Made by a program: the position numbers and the translations under genes. A stretch of 64,000 bases of DNA from Deltaproteobacteria bacterium (GTDB lineage Bacteria > Bdellovibrionota_B > Oligoflexia > Oligoflexales > Bog-1112): the NCBI GenBank assembly GCA_016186945.1, contig JACPKR010000072.1, forward strand, positions 15,143 through 79,142, in the 5' to 3' direction. Below, piece after piece: positions 46,812-59,570 of the stretch. Numbering within the stretch: the first letter of the stretch is position 1; the number at the start of each line of letters is the position of its first letter. The notes beneath the pieces were generated by a model. The model did no database searches, was not told the DNA's origin, and worked only from the letters and a program-made list of their open reading frames with translations.

Positions 46812-48026
46812 ATGAGTAACATTTTTGCTATCGACCTGGGAACGACAAAATTCTGCTTGGCCAGCATTACGTATGACAAAACTTTTGAAAAGGCTAAACT
46901 CGACACCGTGTCAGTTCTATCAGCCGGAATGAAGCGAGGCATGCTGTCTGACTTTTTTGCCGCACAAAAATCCCTTTCTAGTCTCATTGAGCTTGCCGAG
47001 AAAGAATTCGATTTCGACATAAATACAGCAACTCTAGGCGTTTCCGGAACACACTTGAAAAGCAAATTTGTAACATGCCAGATTCCTATTGATTCGGACC
47101 ATCTTGTAAATTCAAGACTCCTGGATAAAATCCAAACTCAAATTAAGATCGAAAACCAGGTGGACGGTAGGGAGTTTATCCACATATCACCCTACAGTTA
47201 CCAAATCGACAGTAGAGAGTGGATCGTCAACCCACTTGGATTCTCAGGATCTTCTTTGAAGTCAAAACATTTTATCATCGAGGCAGACAAATATTACCTC
47301 GCTGACCTCGTTAGACTCTGTAACAGTTGCGGCATATCGGTATCAAGCTTGATTTCCGAACAGTACGCCTCCTCGCAAGTCACAATCCCTCCACTCAAAA
47401 AGGAATTGGGCGTTGTCCTTCTCGATATCGGCGGTGGCACAACGGACGGAATGGTGTTCCTTAATGGAAAGCCAAGCAAAGTGTTCACAGTCAACATCGG
47501 TGGGCAGCTGATGACCAACGACCTGTCTATCGGTTTCGGTATCCCTTTCGATGAAGCGGAAAGAATAAAAATATTGGGAGGAATCTCCAGTGATCACGAA
47601 TTGACCTGCCATGCGGTCGATTTTCGCGGATCCACCGTCAACATCGATCCAAGGAAAGCGTCGCAAATACTCAAAGCACGTATTGAAGAGCTTGCTATCC
47701 ATGTAAATAAGGAAATAGAGCCATTCAAAGGGTTACTCCAAGGAGGAATTATTTTAACCGGGGGAGGATCTGAGCTTCCTGGCATGGTGAGCCTCTTTGC
47801 TAACGTTATGCACGATGTGGTTGTTGCCAAGGCAGACCCTGTTTTTGGCGGAAACGAGAATACTGGAAAGATTGAAGCATCGAAGTTTGCAAGCAAATAC
47901 GCGACCGTTTTGGGATTGCTCTATTATGAATTTATCAGACAAAGAAATAATGGAAAAACCGTTAGATTCAAAAACCTTAACTCTTTTTTTTCATCATTCG
48001 CTTCATGGCTAAAAGAGCTGACATGA
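46812..48026 (+). CDS. ftsA: Cell division protein FtsA
   Basis: IDLGTTK, DIGGGTT, TNDLS…AERIK and LTGGGS. Confidence 0.92.
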   Translation: MSNIFAIDLGTTKFCLASITYDKTFEKAKLDTVSVLSAGMKRGMLSDFFAAQKSLSSLIELAEKEFDFDINTATLGVSGTHLKSKFVTCQIPIDSDHLVNSRLLDKIQTQIKIENQVDGREFIHISPYSYQIDSREWIVNPLGFSGSSLKSKHFIIEADKYYLADLVRLCNSCGISVSSLISEQYASSQVTIPPLKKELGVVLLDIGGGTTDGMVFLNGKPSKVFTVNIGGQLMTNDLSIGFGIPFDEAERIKILGGISSDHELTCHAVDFRGSTVNIDPRKASQILKARIEELAIHVNKEIEPFKGLLQGGIILTGGGSELPGMVSLFANVMHDVVVAKADPVFGGNENTGKIEASKFASKYATVLGLLYYEFIRQRNNGKTVRFKNLNSFFSSFASWLKELT

Positions 48027-48071
48027 GAGACCATCCTTTCATACCTACCTAAAGAATAAAATGTCAAAGCA

Positions 48072-48101
48072 TTGACACCCTTGAAAGGTCTTCCCTATAA
48101 T
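48072..48101 (+). promoter_or_regulatory. Sigma70-type internal promoter for ftsZ
   Basis: TTGACA-N18-TATAAT. Confidence 0.65.
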
Positions 48102-48135
48102 TTTAATGAAACAAATCTTTTAAGTGGGAGATCTT

Positions 48136-49542
48136 ATGAGCTTTGAAACCACCGACATGCAAACACCTGGTGCGAAAATCAAAGTGATCGGTATCGGTGG
48201 AGGTGGCACAAATGCCGTCAGCACAATGATCAGAGGGGGAATTGATGGCGTCGGCTTCATTGCTGTGAATACTGATTTACAGTCTCTCAAGTCGGCCTTG
48301 GCCCCTATAAAAATTCAAATTGGAAAGGAACTCACTAAAGGTTTGGGGGCAGGATCAGACCCTAGTGTCGGTCGGGACGCTGCCCTCGAGGATCGACACG
48401 AGCTTCAGGAGGCACTCGACGGTGCTGATATGGTTTTTATAACTGCTGGAATGGGGGGTGGCACAGGGACGGGAGGTGCTTCCATTGTCGCTCAAATTGC
48501 AAGAGATATGGGAGCACTCACGGTTGCAGTCGTGACGAAACCATTTCTCTTTGAAGGAAAAAGACGACGTACTCACGCTGAAGTAGGAATCGAGAAACTA
48601 AGAGAAGCCGTCGATACACTCATAGTTATTCCCAATGAACGTTTGCTGGAAATTGCCACTGCTGACCTCAGTCTTATCGGAGCCTTTAAACTCGCCGACA
48701 ACGTACTCGTCAATGCGGTAAAAGGTATCAGTGACATCATCAATATACCAGGGACCATCAATGTCGACTTCGCAGATGTCAAGACGGTTATGTCATGCAA
48801 GGGACAAGCTCTAATGGGAATCGGTGTGGCCTCCGGTAAAAATAGAGCCATCGAGGCCGCCAATCAAGCTGTATCGTCACCCCTTCTCGATGATATAGAC
48901 ATTGAAGGGGCGTCGGGAATTCTCATTAATATTACTGCGGGGGAAAATGTATCCCTACTCGAAGTCAACGAGGCCTGCACTATTATACAGGAGTCCGCAC
49001 ATGAAGATGCCAATATTATTTTTGGTGCTGTTATAGACCCAAATCTGACAGACGAAATAAGGGTCACAGTCATCGCTACCGGGTTTTCCAGTGACAAAGA
49101 AATAAAGGAACCCGCTAGGATTCCCCAGTCATCCTATCTACAGCAGGACATCTATAAGATTTCGGGCGGATCCAAATTCCCAAATAACGACAGACGCAAA
49201 CATTTGGAAACGGACAAAGAGGCTTCCATTCAAAAAACATCTAATTATCATGACCAGGTGATAATGGACGAGACTTTTTCGGAACGATCTGAAGTCACGA
49301 TCGACGAAAAACGATTCACAATTGAGAACTCCGAAAAAGTAATTTCGACTGGCTCACAGCACGAGTCATGGAAAGCCCATTCATTCGAAATGGATGATCA
49401 AGATCCAGAAAAAATAAAAGAGGAAATTGACAAACGAATAGACGAAGCACTTGAACTTGCTGATCGGGTCATACAGGACGACAAGGAAGACTCTCTGGAT
49501 ATTCCAACGTTTTTGCGTAAAGGCGACTCGCCCCAACTTTAG
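48136..49542 (+). CDS. ftsZ: Cell division protein FtsZ
   Basis: GGGTGTG, NVDFAD and C-terminal LDIPTFLRK; alternative GTG start at 48124. Confidence 0.98.
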   Translation: MSFETTDMQTPGAKIKVIGIGGGGTNAVSTMIRGGIDGVGFIAVNTDLQSLKSALAPIKIQIGKELTKGLGAGSDPSVGRDAALEDRHELQEALDGADMVFITAGMGGGTGTGGASIVAQIARDMGALTVAVVTKPFLFEGKRRRTHAEVGIEKLREAVDTLIVIPNERLLEIATADLSLIGAFKLADNVLVNAVKGISDIINIPGTINVDFADVKTVMSCKGQALMGIGVASGKNRAIEAANQAVSSPLLDDIDIEGASGILINITAGENVSLLEVNEACTIIQESAHEDANIIFGAVIDPNLTDEIRVTVIATGFSSDKEIKEPARIPQSSYLQQDIYKISGGSKFPNNDRRKHLETDKEASIQKTSNYHDQVIMDETFSERSEVTIDEKRFTIENSEKVISTGSQHESWKAHSFEMDDQDPEKIKEEIDKRIDEALELADRVIQDDKEDSLDIPTFLRKGDSPQL

Positions 49543-49553
49543 GAACCGGCAGA

Positions 49554-50498
49554 CTAAGCCTTCGAAAGAGACATAAACCCATCCTTAAAAGATCGCATCT
49601 GAGAAGGAATCTGCTTAAGGAGAGGGTTTTTATCACGAATTCTTTTTTCGACAAAACTTCCAACTGAAAGAAAATGCTTGAGCCTTGGGGCACCCTCTTC
49701 AATTTGTCTCTCGAAAAAGTTCACAAGAGCGTTCCCCAGCAATGGACTCAGAGGAACTCTTCTCCCCTGAGAAAAGTGCTGAGACACTATCCTGAAGAGA
49801 TCCGCCAGCCTGTACGCCTCTCCCCCAGCAAGATCCATAATTGCACAAGAATCATACATTTTAACATCGCACAGATTGGAGATAACCCCCGTCAGGTCGT
49901 CAATATGAACCGGATTGATCTTGACTCCTCCCGCAGCAGGAAGAGGATAAAAGATGGGGATTTTCATAACCCGTTTAATTGACTGAACAAAACAATCATG
50001 CTGCCCCCCATAGACAATGGAGCTTCTTAAGATTACCTTTTCGCGAACCTTTGAGTTTATAATCAGATGCTCCGCATCGTATTTTTCCCTTAAAAATCCT
50101 TCGGATGATTCACGTCGGGCCCCAATCACACTTAGAAAAATGATCCTTCGCGTCCCCACTTTCTCCATCGCATCGAGCAAATTAGAAAGGACTCGCAAAT
50201 TTGTTGACTCAGAGGAAGTGTCTTTGGGGCCGACAAAATTACGCTCCCAAGCAAGATGAACAACAGTGTGGACCCCACGTAATGGAGCAGGAAGCAGTTC
50301 TTTGGAGCCTAGGTCCGCATAAATAGGATAGATATTATCTTGAGGCTGCGGAATCTTACGACGATAAAGAGGAATGACCACCTCTTTTTTTATAGAAATT
50401 GTTTCGATTAGCTTTTGCCCTATATAGCCAGAACCACCAGTGATCAAAACGGCTTCCTTCTGCATGGGGCTATCTTTTTCCACAGAATGCTTCCCCAT
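49554..50498 (-). CDS. NAD(P)-dependent epimerase/dehydratase (atypical SDR)
   Basis: ITGGSGYIG, VVHLA and PVHIDD. Confidence 0.85.
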   Translation of the reverse strand: MGKHSVEKDSPMQKEAVLITGGSGYIGQKLIETISIKKEVVIPLYRRKIPQPQDNIYPIYADLGSKELLPAPLRGVHTVVHLAWERNFVGPKDTSSESTNLRVLSNLLDAMEKVGTRRIIFLSVIGARRESSEGFLREKYDAEHLIINSKVREKVILRSSIVYGGQHDCFVQSIKRVMKIPIFYPLPAAGGVKINPVHIDDLTGVISNLCDVKMYDSCAIMDLAGGEAYRLADLFRIVSQHFSQGRRVPLSPLLGNALVNFFERQIEEGAPRLKHFLSVGSFVEKRIRDKNPLLKQIPSQMRSFKDGFMSLSKA

Positions 50499-50533
50499 AC
50501 TTGAACTCCTCCGCTTGGGTTTGAATAGAGAGC

Positions 50534-51661
50534 TTACAAACTATTATACAGTTCTTTCAGTTGAAAAGCAGACTCGCGCCAGGTAGGTTTTGATGAGACA
50601 AGAGTTTTTACCTTCTCAAAGAACTTGCTTGTGTATCTTAACTTACAAGCACTTATGACACCTTCAGCCCACATCTCATAGGAAGCTTCCCGATCCAAAC
50701 TTATTCCACAATATTGCACCGTTTCTCCAATACCACTCCCCGCACAATAAACAACGGGAATACCATGACCAAGAGCCTCAGATGCCGGAAGACAATGACC
50801 CTCCCAAAGACTGGGGTGGACAAGCACGTCAGCTTGGGAATACAAAGAGTTCAAAGAGGCTGAGTCCAGATCACCTATCACCTGAAGTTTGCCAGTTGAC
50901 AAAAACCCTGCGTGATTTTTTTTAAAAAACTCTCTGCCTCTTTTATCTGTTACAATGGTTAATTTCACATTCGGCAAAATTTTTAATACTTCCGGAAGAA
51001 TCCATAATCGCTTGTACTTTTCCCACCTAGATACACATAATAATGAATAAAAGTCGCTAGAACTTGCTTTCCCATAATCGACAAATTGATTCTTTTCAAA
51101 TCCATTTGAAATGACCGTTGTTTTTTCTGTTACCTTCGGGAATTTCTCGACTAAAGTCTCTCGTGTCCAATTAGAGACACAGACAACTCTATCAGCGATG
51201 TCGAGAATCCGCGGCAAGAGTAGTGAAAACTGTAAAAAATACGAGAAGCTTACCGTTTCTCTGGCTATCAAAGGGATAATGTCGTGGACCGTTAAAACTG
51301 TTACAACATTTTTGGGTAGTTTAACCAAAGGAAGGTTGAGATTTGAAAGGCCATGAAAAACCACTTTCTCATTGTATGGGATTTCTTTCAGCCAGTTACG
51401 CAAAGTAAAACCAGTCTGTAAATTCCAAGCCAGCTTGGTTCTTCCCAAAGGAAATGAGCATGCTAAGAGTTGGCTAGCAGGAAATCGCGAGGAATCAATT
51501 TCAGAACTCAAAATACTCGGTGAAATTCCCATTTCACGAAGTTGAGCGAACAAAGAACAGGCGTACTTGGAAACTCCAGAGTGGAAATTTTCAAGACCAT
51601 ACCCGTCCCAGATTAAACGAAAATTCAAATCTTGCGCTCTTTCAGCTTTTCGATAAACCAT
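50534..51661 (-). CDS. Glycosyltransferase family 4
   Basis: SGVSKY, TVHDIIP and HPSLWEGHCLPASEA; exact start uncertain. Confidence 0.88.
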   Translation of the reverse strand: MVYRKAERAQDLNFRLIWDGYGLENFHSGVSKYACSLFAQLREMGISPSILSSEIDSSRFPASQLLACSFPLGRTKLAWNLQTGFTLRNWLKEIPYNEKVVFHGLSNLNLPLVKLPKNVVTVLTVHDIIPLIARETVSFSYFLQFSLLLPRILDIADRVVCVSNWTRETLVEKFPKVTEKTTVISNGFEKNQFVDYGKASSSDFYSLLCVSRWEKYKRLWILPEVLKILPNVKLTIVTDKRGREFFKKNHAGFLSTGKLQVIGDLDSASLNSLYSQADVLVHPSLWEGHCLPASEALGHGIPVVYCAGSGIGETVQYCGISLDREASYEMWAEGVISACKLRYTSKFFEKVKTLVSSKPTWRESAFQLKELYNSL

Positions 51662-52047
51662 ATCCGGCTTCGGGCTCGTTCCAAGGCAGCTAAAGCACGA
51701 TCTATATCCACAGGTTCTGTGAGGTCTCGCCGGTGCAGGCGTTCTAAAGCCCTTTTCTCAGCTGCTTCTGCACGATCACGATCTATCTCGGAAAAACTCT
51801 CAGCATCTTCCACAAGAACGTCTGCGACATTATTGGCGACCTGCACTAAGCCGCCAGAAACATAGTAGTCTTTACGTTCTTTTTTTTCCGTATTAAAACC
51901 AAGAATGCCAGGCCTTAAACGGGTAACGAAAGGCGCATGATTTAAACCTATCCCAATATAACCACCGTCCGCAGGAGTATGAATATGCGAAACCGAAAAA
52001 GATCCTATCAAAGCGCGAGGTGTGCATAGATTTAATTTAAAAAACAC
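51625..52047 (-). CDS. atpC: ATP synthase epsilon subunit
   Basis: GIGLNHAP, YVSGG, IDRDRAEAAEKRA…ALERARSRI. Confidence 0.92.
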   Translation of the reverse strand: MFFKLNLCTPRALIGSFSVSHIHTPADGGYIGIGLNHAPFVTRLRPGILGFNTEKKERKDYYVSGGLVQVANNVADVLVEDAESFSEIDRDRAEAAEKRALERLHRRDLTEPVDIDRALAALERARSRIWFIEKLKERKI

Positions 52048-52059
52048 AACACTTCCTAT

Positions 52060-54347
<2,288 letters not shown>

Positions 54348-54361
<14 letters not shown>

Positions 54362-55868
54362 TAGCTGCAAACTCCTTCCTGTGTTCCTGAACAGCCTGCT
54401 TTAAACTTGTTTCTACGTCCTTGAATTTAGCTCCGGCCCTTATCTTCTCAAGTGTGCCTTCATACTTTTGCTGCAAAAATTTATAGAAGTCTCTCTCCCA
54501 CCTACGAATCTTACTCTTGTCAAGGTCATCTAAAAAACCATTCGTTGCTGCGTAAATTGAAGCAACCTGTAAGGCAACATCCAGTGGTTCATATTGTGCT
54601 TGCTTTAATACTTCAACCAAAACCGAACCACGTAATAAAGTCTTCTGTGTCGCTTCGTCTAGATCAGAACCAAACTGCGCAAATGCCTTCAATTCATTAT
54701 ATTGAGCTAGCTCAAGCCGCAGTTTGCCGGCGACTCCCTTCATGGCAGGGAGTTGAGCAGCACCGCCCACCCGGGACACTGACAAACCAACATTCATGGC
54801 CGGCCTTATCCCCGAGAAAAACAAATCCGACTCTAAAAAGATCTGCCCGTCAGTAATAGAAATTACGTTGGTAGGAATGTAAGCGGAAATATCTCCTGCT
54901 TGAGTCTCGATAATAGGAAAAGCGGTGATAGACCCCCCACCCGATTTATCGTTCAATTTGCAAGCCCTCTCCAACAGCCTGCTGTGTAAATAGAAAATAT
55001 CTCCCGGAAACGCTTCCCTTCCAGGGGGACGTCTTAGAAGTAACGAAAGCTCCCGATATGCAGCAGCCTGCTTCGACAGATCGTCATAAATGATACAAAC
55101 ACTTTGACCATTATCACGAAAATATTCCGCCATCCGACAGCCAGAATAAGGAGCTAAAAATTGCATGGGAGCTGGGTCCAAAGCCGTCGCAGACACTACA
55201 ATGCAATACTCCATCGCCCCCGCTTCTCGCAGCCTATTTACTATCTGTGCGACTGTGGAAGCTTTCTGACCAATGGCGACGTATATGCAAAGAACCCCCT
55301 TGCCCTTTTGATTGATGATAGTATCAACAGCAATGGCTGTCTTACCCGTTTGTCGATCTCCAATGATCAACTCACGCTGTCCTCTCCCTATGGGAGTCAT
55401 CGTATCAATGCATTTGATTCCTGTCTGAAGAGGCTCATTGACAGGTTTTCTCGAAATAATACCAGGAGCTTTAACTTCAACGGCACCTTTTCCTTCCGAA
55501 ACGAGTTCGCCTAATCCATCTAAAGGCTGCCCAAGAGCATCGACTACCCTACCTAGGAGATTTTTGCCTATGGGAACCGCATTGATTTCCTTAAGTCGCT
55601 TTACAGTGTCGCCTTCCTGAATTTTTAGACAAGTCCCAAGAACACAAACCCCGACGTTGTCTTCCTCAAGATTCAGTACTACACCCTTTTCTCCGCTGGA
55701 AAACTCTACTAACTCCCCTGCCATTGCTCCTTCTAACCCGTAAATCCGAGCAATTCCATCTCCTACTGTAATAACGCTGCCCGTCTCCTCCAGCTCTACT
55801 TTATCCCCAAAGTGCTTAATCTTTTCACTGATGATTCTTGTGACCTCTTCAACTCGAATCTTTTGCAT
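54348..55868 (-). CDS. atpA: ATP synthase alpha subunit
   Basis: GDRQTGKT and RRPPGREA. Confidence 0.98.
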
Positions 55869-55879
55869 GTCCGATTTCC

Positions 55880-56413
55880 TTAAAATTTAGCGATCATTCT
55901 GTCGATTTTGGTCCTCAAACTCTGATCCAGTCGAAAATTTCCAACCTTAACAACAAACCCACCCAGAATCGAGGAATCTACCTTTGATTTCAATATGATT
56001 TTTTTCTTAAATAGCGATTCCAGCGTTGACGTCAAGTTTTGTTGCAAGGTTGTACTAAGCTCGCGTGCCATAAACACATTTGCAATTACTTCATTGCGAG
56101 ATTCCAACACCAAACTGTCATATGAATCCGCAATCCTCGGAAATTCCTGAACACGACCAGCATATAAAACCGCCTTTACCAAATTCCGAAACTGCATGTC
56201 CGCGCCTGATTCGTCTAAGGCCAAACTAAGTAAATCCGATTTTAATCGCTCCGGCATGATCGGACTCTTCAGAATCTGAAGAGCTTCCGGGATTTCAAAC
56301 AATTTCTTGATCGCCAAAAATACTTTTTGATATTTATCTGCTTTTTCAACACTCGTGACCTTCAATAAAGATCTTGCATAACGAGATGCAATTAGGTTTG
56401 ATCCTTTTCCCAT
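55880..56413 (-). CDS. atpH: ATP synthase delta subunit
   Basis: [17 protein letters not shown]…DQSL. Confidence 0.93.
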   Translation of the reverse strand: MGKGSNLIASRYARSLLKVTSVEKADKYQKVFLAIKKLFEIPEALQILKSPIMPERLKSDLLSLALDESGADMQFRNLVKAVLYAGRVQEFPRIADSYDSLVLESRNEVIANVFMARELSTTLQQNLTSTLESLFKKKIILKSKVDSSILGGFVVKVGNFRLDQSLRTKIDRMIAKF

Positions 56414-56913
56414 CAGGTCCCCCTCACCTCTTCCCATTCGCTCAGTTCAGCAATTTTTAAAGATGAGAAAATTTCATCCTGTTTTTCCGTAAATTCACTT
56501 TGTAACCTGCTTACTAAAACCTCTTTTGCTGTCTTGGCGATTTCCTCTTTGAGCCTTTGACGCAAAAAAAGAACTTCGGCGTCTCCGCTTCTCTTAGCGT
56601 CCTCAAGCATCTGCTGAGCGATCAGTCTTCCTTTCCCGATAATTACTGATGCCTCTTTCTTGGCTTCCGCAATCGCATTTTTTTTCAGATTCTCGATCTC
56701 GGCGTCCAAATTTTCCAAGCGTCTTTGAACATCCTCAAGCCGAGATTCTGCCTCCTTTTTAGCAGCCAAAGCCTTAGCTCGAAAGCTCTCGAAGGAGTCA
56801 TTTCGCTTCCGCGCTAATTCCCTTAAAGGGTTTTTCGCAAAATAAACTAATATCGCCACGAACACTAAAAAATTTAGATACGGCAAGAACATATCGCCAA
56901 ACCAGTTTCCCAC
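56413..56913 (-). CDS. atpF: ATP synthase b subunit
   Basis: NFLVFVAILVYFAKNPL followed by a coiled coil. Confidence 0.88.
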   Translation of the reverse strand: MGNWFGDMFLPYLNFLVFVAILVYFAKNPLRELARKRNDSFESFRAKALAAKKEAESRLEDVQRRLENLDAEIENLKKNAIAEAKKEASVIIGKGRLIAQQMLEDAKRSGDAEVLFLRQRLKEEIAKTAKEVLVSRLQSEFTEKQDEIFSSLKIAELSEWEEVRGT

Positions 56914-56916
56914 TTT

Positions 56917-57348
56917 TTACCTCAAAAGATCGGCATAGATCTGACCCATCAACCCAACAGTATTCTGTCTGATTTTCCCCTTTTCCTCTTCAAAGTTACG
57001 AGCAAGCTCAGCTCGCATTTCACTGAGCAGTTTCTCCACTTCCTTTTGTGCTGTGCTAATGTTCTGCTCTTTTTCTTTTTTTGCCATTAAAATATGATTA
57101 TCCCTGTCTTGCCGCACATCGTCACTGACTGACTTTAGTCGCTTCTCTACTTCGAGCAAGTTCACTGATAGTTCTTGTTCCATTTGCCTGGCACCATGTT
57201 CAGCGTCAATAGTCTGTTGCTCCCTAGCCGTCTTCAACTGCAAAAACGGCTCTATCATCATTTTTTTTACAACGTAAATATTAGAAAGAAAGATAACGGT
57301 GTGAGTTGCCATTGACTGCGGGTCGGGAATCAAATTTAGCCCTGACAA
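56917..57348 (-). CDS. ATP synthase b' subunit
   Basis: N-terminal TM, EPF…RE motif, coiled coil; lies upstream of atpF. Confidence 0.8.
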   Translation of the reverse strand: MSGLNLIPDPQSMATHTVIFLSNIYVVKKMMIEPFLQLKTAREQQTIDAEHGARQMEQELSVNLLEVEKRLKSVSDDVRQDRDNHILMAKKEKEQNISTAQKEVEKLLSEMRAELARNFEEEKGKIRQNTVGLMGQIYADLLR

Positions 57349-57435
57349 GATGCCTCCATCACTTTCGCATAGGATAAGCCAAGGAATTCAGAAATTGATA
57401 TATTAATTCTTCCAAAGAGACAAGACGAGAGTTAT

Positions 57436-58236
57436 CTAAATACGGCATCCCATGGCGTCCAAAATTCGTTCAAATTCAGACGGAGAAAAATAGTAAATTT
57501 CTATCCTTCCGTTTTTTCCTCTCCCTTTTATCTTCACTTTGGTACGCAAAAGTGTGCGAAGAGTATCGGCTACATAGTCCAAGTTGGGATCCTGACGCAA
57601 CGTATCCTTACCACTTTGCTCCCTCAGCTTCTTACACAATTCCTCCGCGTCCCTAACATTTAATCCGTTGTTGAGAATCTTATCTCTTGCTTCCAACATT
57701 CGCTTTTTATCACCCGCTCCCGCTATCGCACGAGCATGACCACCGGACAATCGCCCTGTGATGACATCTAATTGGATCTCCCTCGGCAACGTCAGAAGTC
57801 TAAGGGCATGCGTGATCGATGGCCGCTCTTTCCCAACTCTCAAGGCACACTCTTCTTGAGTATAACCAAACTGATCTATCAAACATTTGTATGCCTCAGC
57901 CTCCTCAATGGCATTCAAATTCCGCCGCTGGATGTTCTCAATGAGTGCCAGCCGCAGTTGGTCATCTGACTTGAGATCGTCTCTGAAAACGACGGGTACA
58001 GATTCCAACCCGGCAATTTTTGCCGCCCGCAGTCGGCGTTCTCCTGCGACAAGAACATACCTACCTGGATTGGCTTTGTTTTTTGAAACAACCAGCGGTT
58101 GCAAGACACCATCCTGCGTCAAGCTTCTCGCCAGCTCAAGTAGGTACTTTTCACTAAAGCCCTTTCTCGGCTGCCAGGGATTGGGGTCAATAAGTTCAAC
58201 AGGAATTTGGTTGGATCGACCTTCAATGGACTCCAT
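57436..58236 (-). CDS. parB: ParB/Spo0J chromosome partitioning protein
   Basis: PNPWQPRK, GVLQPL, AGERRLRA, ALIENIQR, HTH, GHARA and GRIEI. Confidence 0.95.
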   Translation of the reverse strand: MESIEGRSNQIPVELIDPNPWQPRKGFSEKYLLELARSLTQDGVLQPLVVSKNKANPGRYVLVAGERRLRAAKIAGLESVPVVFRDDLKSDDQLRLALIENIQRRNLNAIEEAEAYKCLIDQFGYTQEECALRVGKERPSITHALRLLTLPREIQLDVITGRLSGGHARAIAGAGDKKRMLEARDKILNNGLNVRDAEELCKKLREQSGKDTLRQDPNLDYVADTLRTLLRTKVKIKGRGKNGRIEIYYFSPSEFERILDAMGCRI

Positions 58237-58363
58237 ACGCCACCTTTCAAAATTTCGTGGGACCGATCTACTTGATATCTAATTAAGCCATTAATGGAAC
58301 GGTCAGCCAAGCGACATCTATGGGGAGGCGGGAGAAAATTTTCCCCCTTAAGATAGGTTCGTT

Positions 58364-58379
58364 TGTGCCACGGGAAACT
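58364..58379. promoter_or_regulatory. Degenerate parS-like site
   Basis: TGTGCCACGGGAAACT versus consensus TGTTYCACGTGAAACA (3 mismatches), about 130 bp upstream of parB. Confidence 0.35.
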
Positions 58380-58407
58380 TCGGGGTTATCCACCCGAGGG
58401 AAGAAAA

Positions 58408-58719
58408 CTAACCGACAAGCATGAGGGCTACGATGAAACTGAGAAGGGCTTGGAATTCCATGAAGGCAAGCGCGATAATAAGAGGAACAAAAACATCGCC
58501 CCTTGAAGTCGGATTTCGCGCAATCCCTTCCATGGCCGCACTGGAAGCACGCCCCTGACCTGTAGCGGCGCCAAAAGTACCCAAGCCAATAGCAATCGCT
58601 GCTCCAAGTTTAGCCAAGCCTACCCAAGACTCATTACCGGTCGTGCTTGCCTCTGCAAGAGCAATCGAACTGGCTGAAAGGCCCGCCATTACCAAACTAC
58701 TCGCAAGATATTTCCTCAT
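58408..58719 (-). CDS. atpE: ATP synthase c subunit with N-terminal extension
   Basis: AIAIGLGTFGAATGQG, IARNP, conserved Glu in FMEFQ. Confidence 0.95.
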   Translation of the reverse strand: MRKYLASSLVMAGLSASSIALAEASTTGNESWVGLAKLGAAIAIGLGTFGAATGQGRASSAAMEGIARNPTSRGDVFVPLIIALAFMEFQALLSFIVALMLVG

Positions 58720-58740
58720 AACTCCATCCTCTCCTTTGAA

Positions 58741-59526
58741 TCAATGATCATGAGAAACAGCCATATTGATATAGATGCTCGTGAGCATCGTAAATACGAA
58801 ACTTTGAATGACTGCTACTAGCAACCCAAAAAATAGCAGAAATGACGGGACTAAGAAAGGCACTAACCCACTAAAGATACCGAGCAAGAGGTGGTCACCG
58901 AAAATATTTGCGGTTAACCGAAAAGACAAAGACAGGGGGCGAGCAAGATGGCTAATGGTCTCCAAAATGAGAAATAGTGGAGCCAGGACCAAAAATGGGC
59001 CTGTAAATTGCTTAATATAATCTCCGCCATGCTCTTTAAGACCCGCCCAGTTATAACTTAGAAAGACAATTATCCCCATCACAAGATTCGAGCTGAAATT
59101 TTCTGTAGGAGGAGGGAACCCAGGAAAAAGGCCTATTAAATTGCTGACCAATATAAAAACAAACAATCCAGAGATCAGGGGAAGGTAGCTTTTATAGAAT
59201 TTTCCGCATTGCTCGTGAGTAAGGTCATGGAGGAATGAAATGACAAGCTCAATGGCTGTTAAAAGTGAAAAACGACTATCTGGAGCAATGTTATTAGCTT
59301 GTACCCGTGCGTTAACGGCTCCTCTGAAATAAATTCCGAGGGTTAAACAGGCAACGAGAGTGAGAAGCGCAGCAACGACGGAAGCCAAATCCTCTCTGAC
59401 TCCAATGGCTTTCAGTAACGACTTATAGATATTTAGACTGGACTCGCCAACGTCGCTAGCTTGGGTAGTTTCTGCGAATAGGTACAGACCCGATAACCAA
59501 AAAGCTTTTTTTATCATTTCTACCAC
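58741..59526 (-). CDS. atpB: ATP synthase a subunit
   Basis: SNLIGLFPG, RPLSLSFRLTANIFGDH and IQSFVF. Confidence 0.96.
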   Translation of the reverse strand: MVEMIKKAFWLSGLYLFAETTQASDVGESSLNIYKSLLKAIGVREDLASVVAALLTLVACLTLGIYFRGAVNARVQANNIAPDSRFSLLTAIELVISFLHDLTHEQCGKFYKSYLPLISGLFVFILVSNLIGLFPGFPPPTENFSSNLVMGIIVFLSYNWAGLKEHGGDYIKQFTGPFLVLAPLFLILETISHLARPLSLSFRLTANIFGDHLLLGIFSGLVPFLVPSFLLFFGLLVAVIQSFVFTMLTSIYINMAVSHDH

Positions 59527-59570
59527 TCCGCAAGTATGATCGCGGTATCTTCAACCCGGCCTACAGCCGA

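Noticed and set aside
48080-48101. Sigma32 promoter (CTTGAAA…CCCTAT) before ftsZ
   Set aside because: Spacer is too short; TTGACA-N18-TATAAT explains the site better
58237-58407. parA remnant upstream of parB
   Set aside because: In-frame stops and no ParA motif detected
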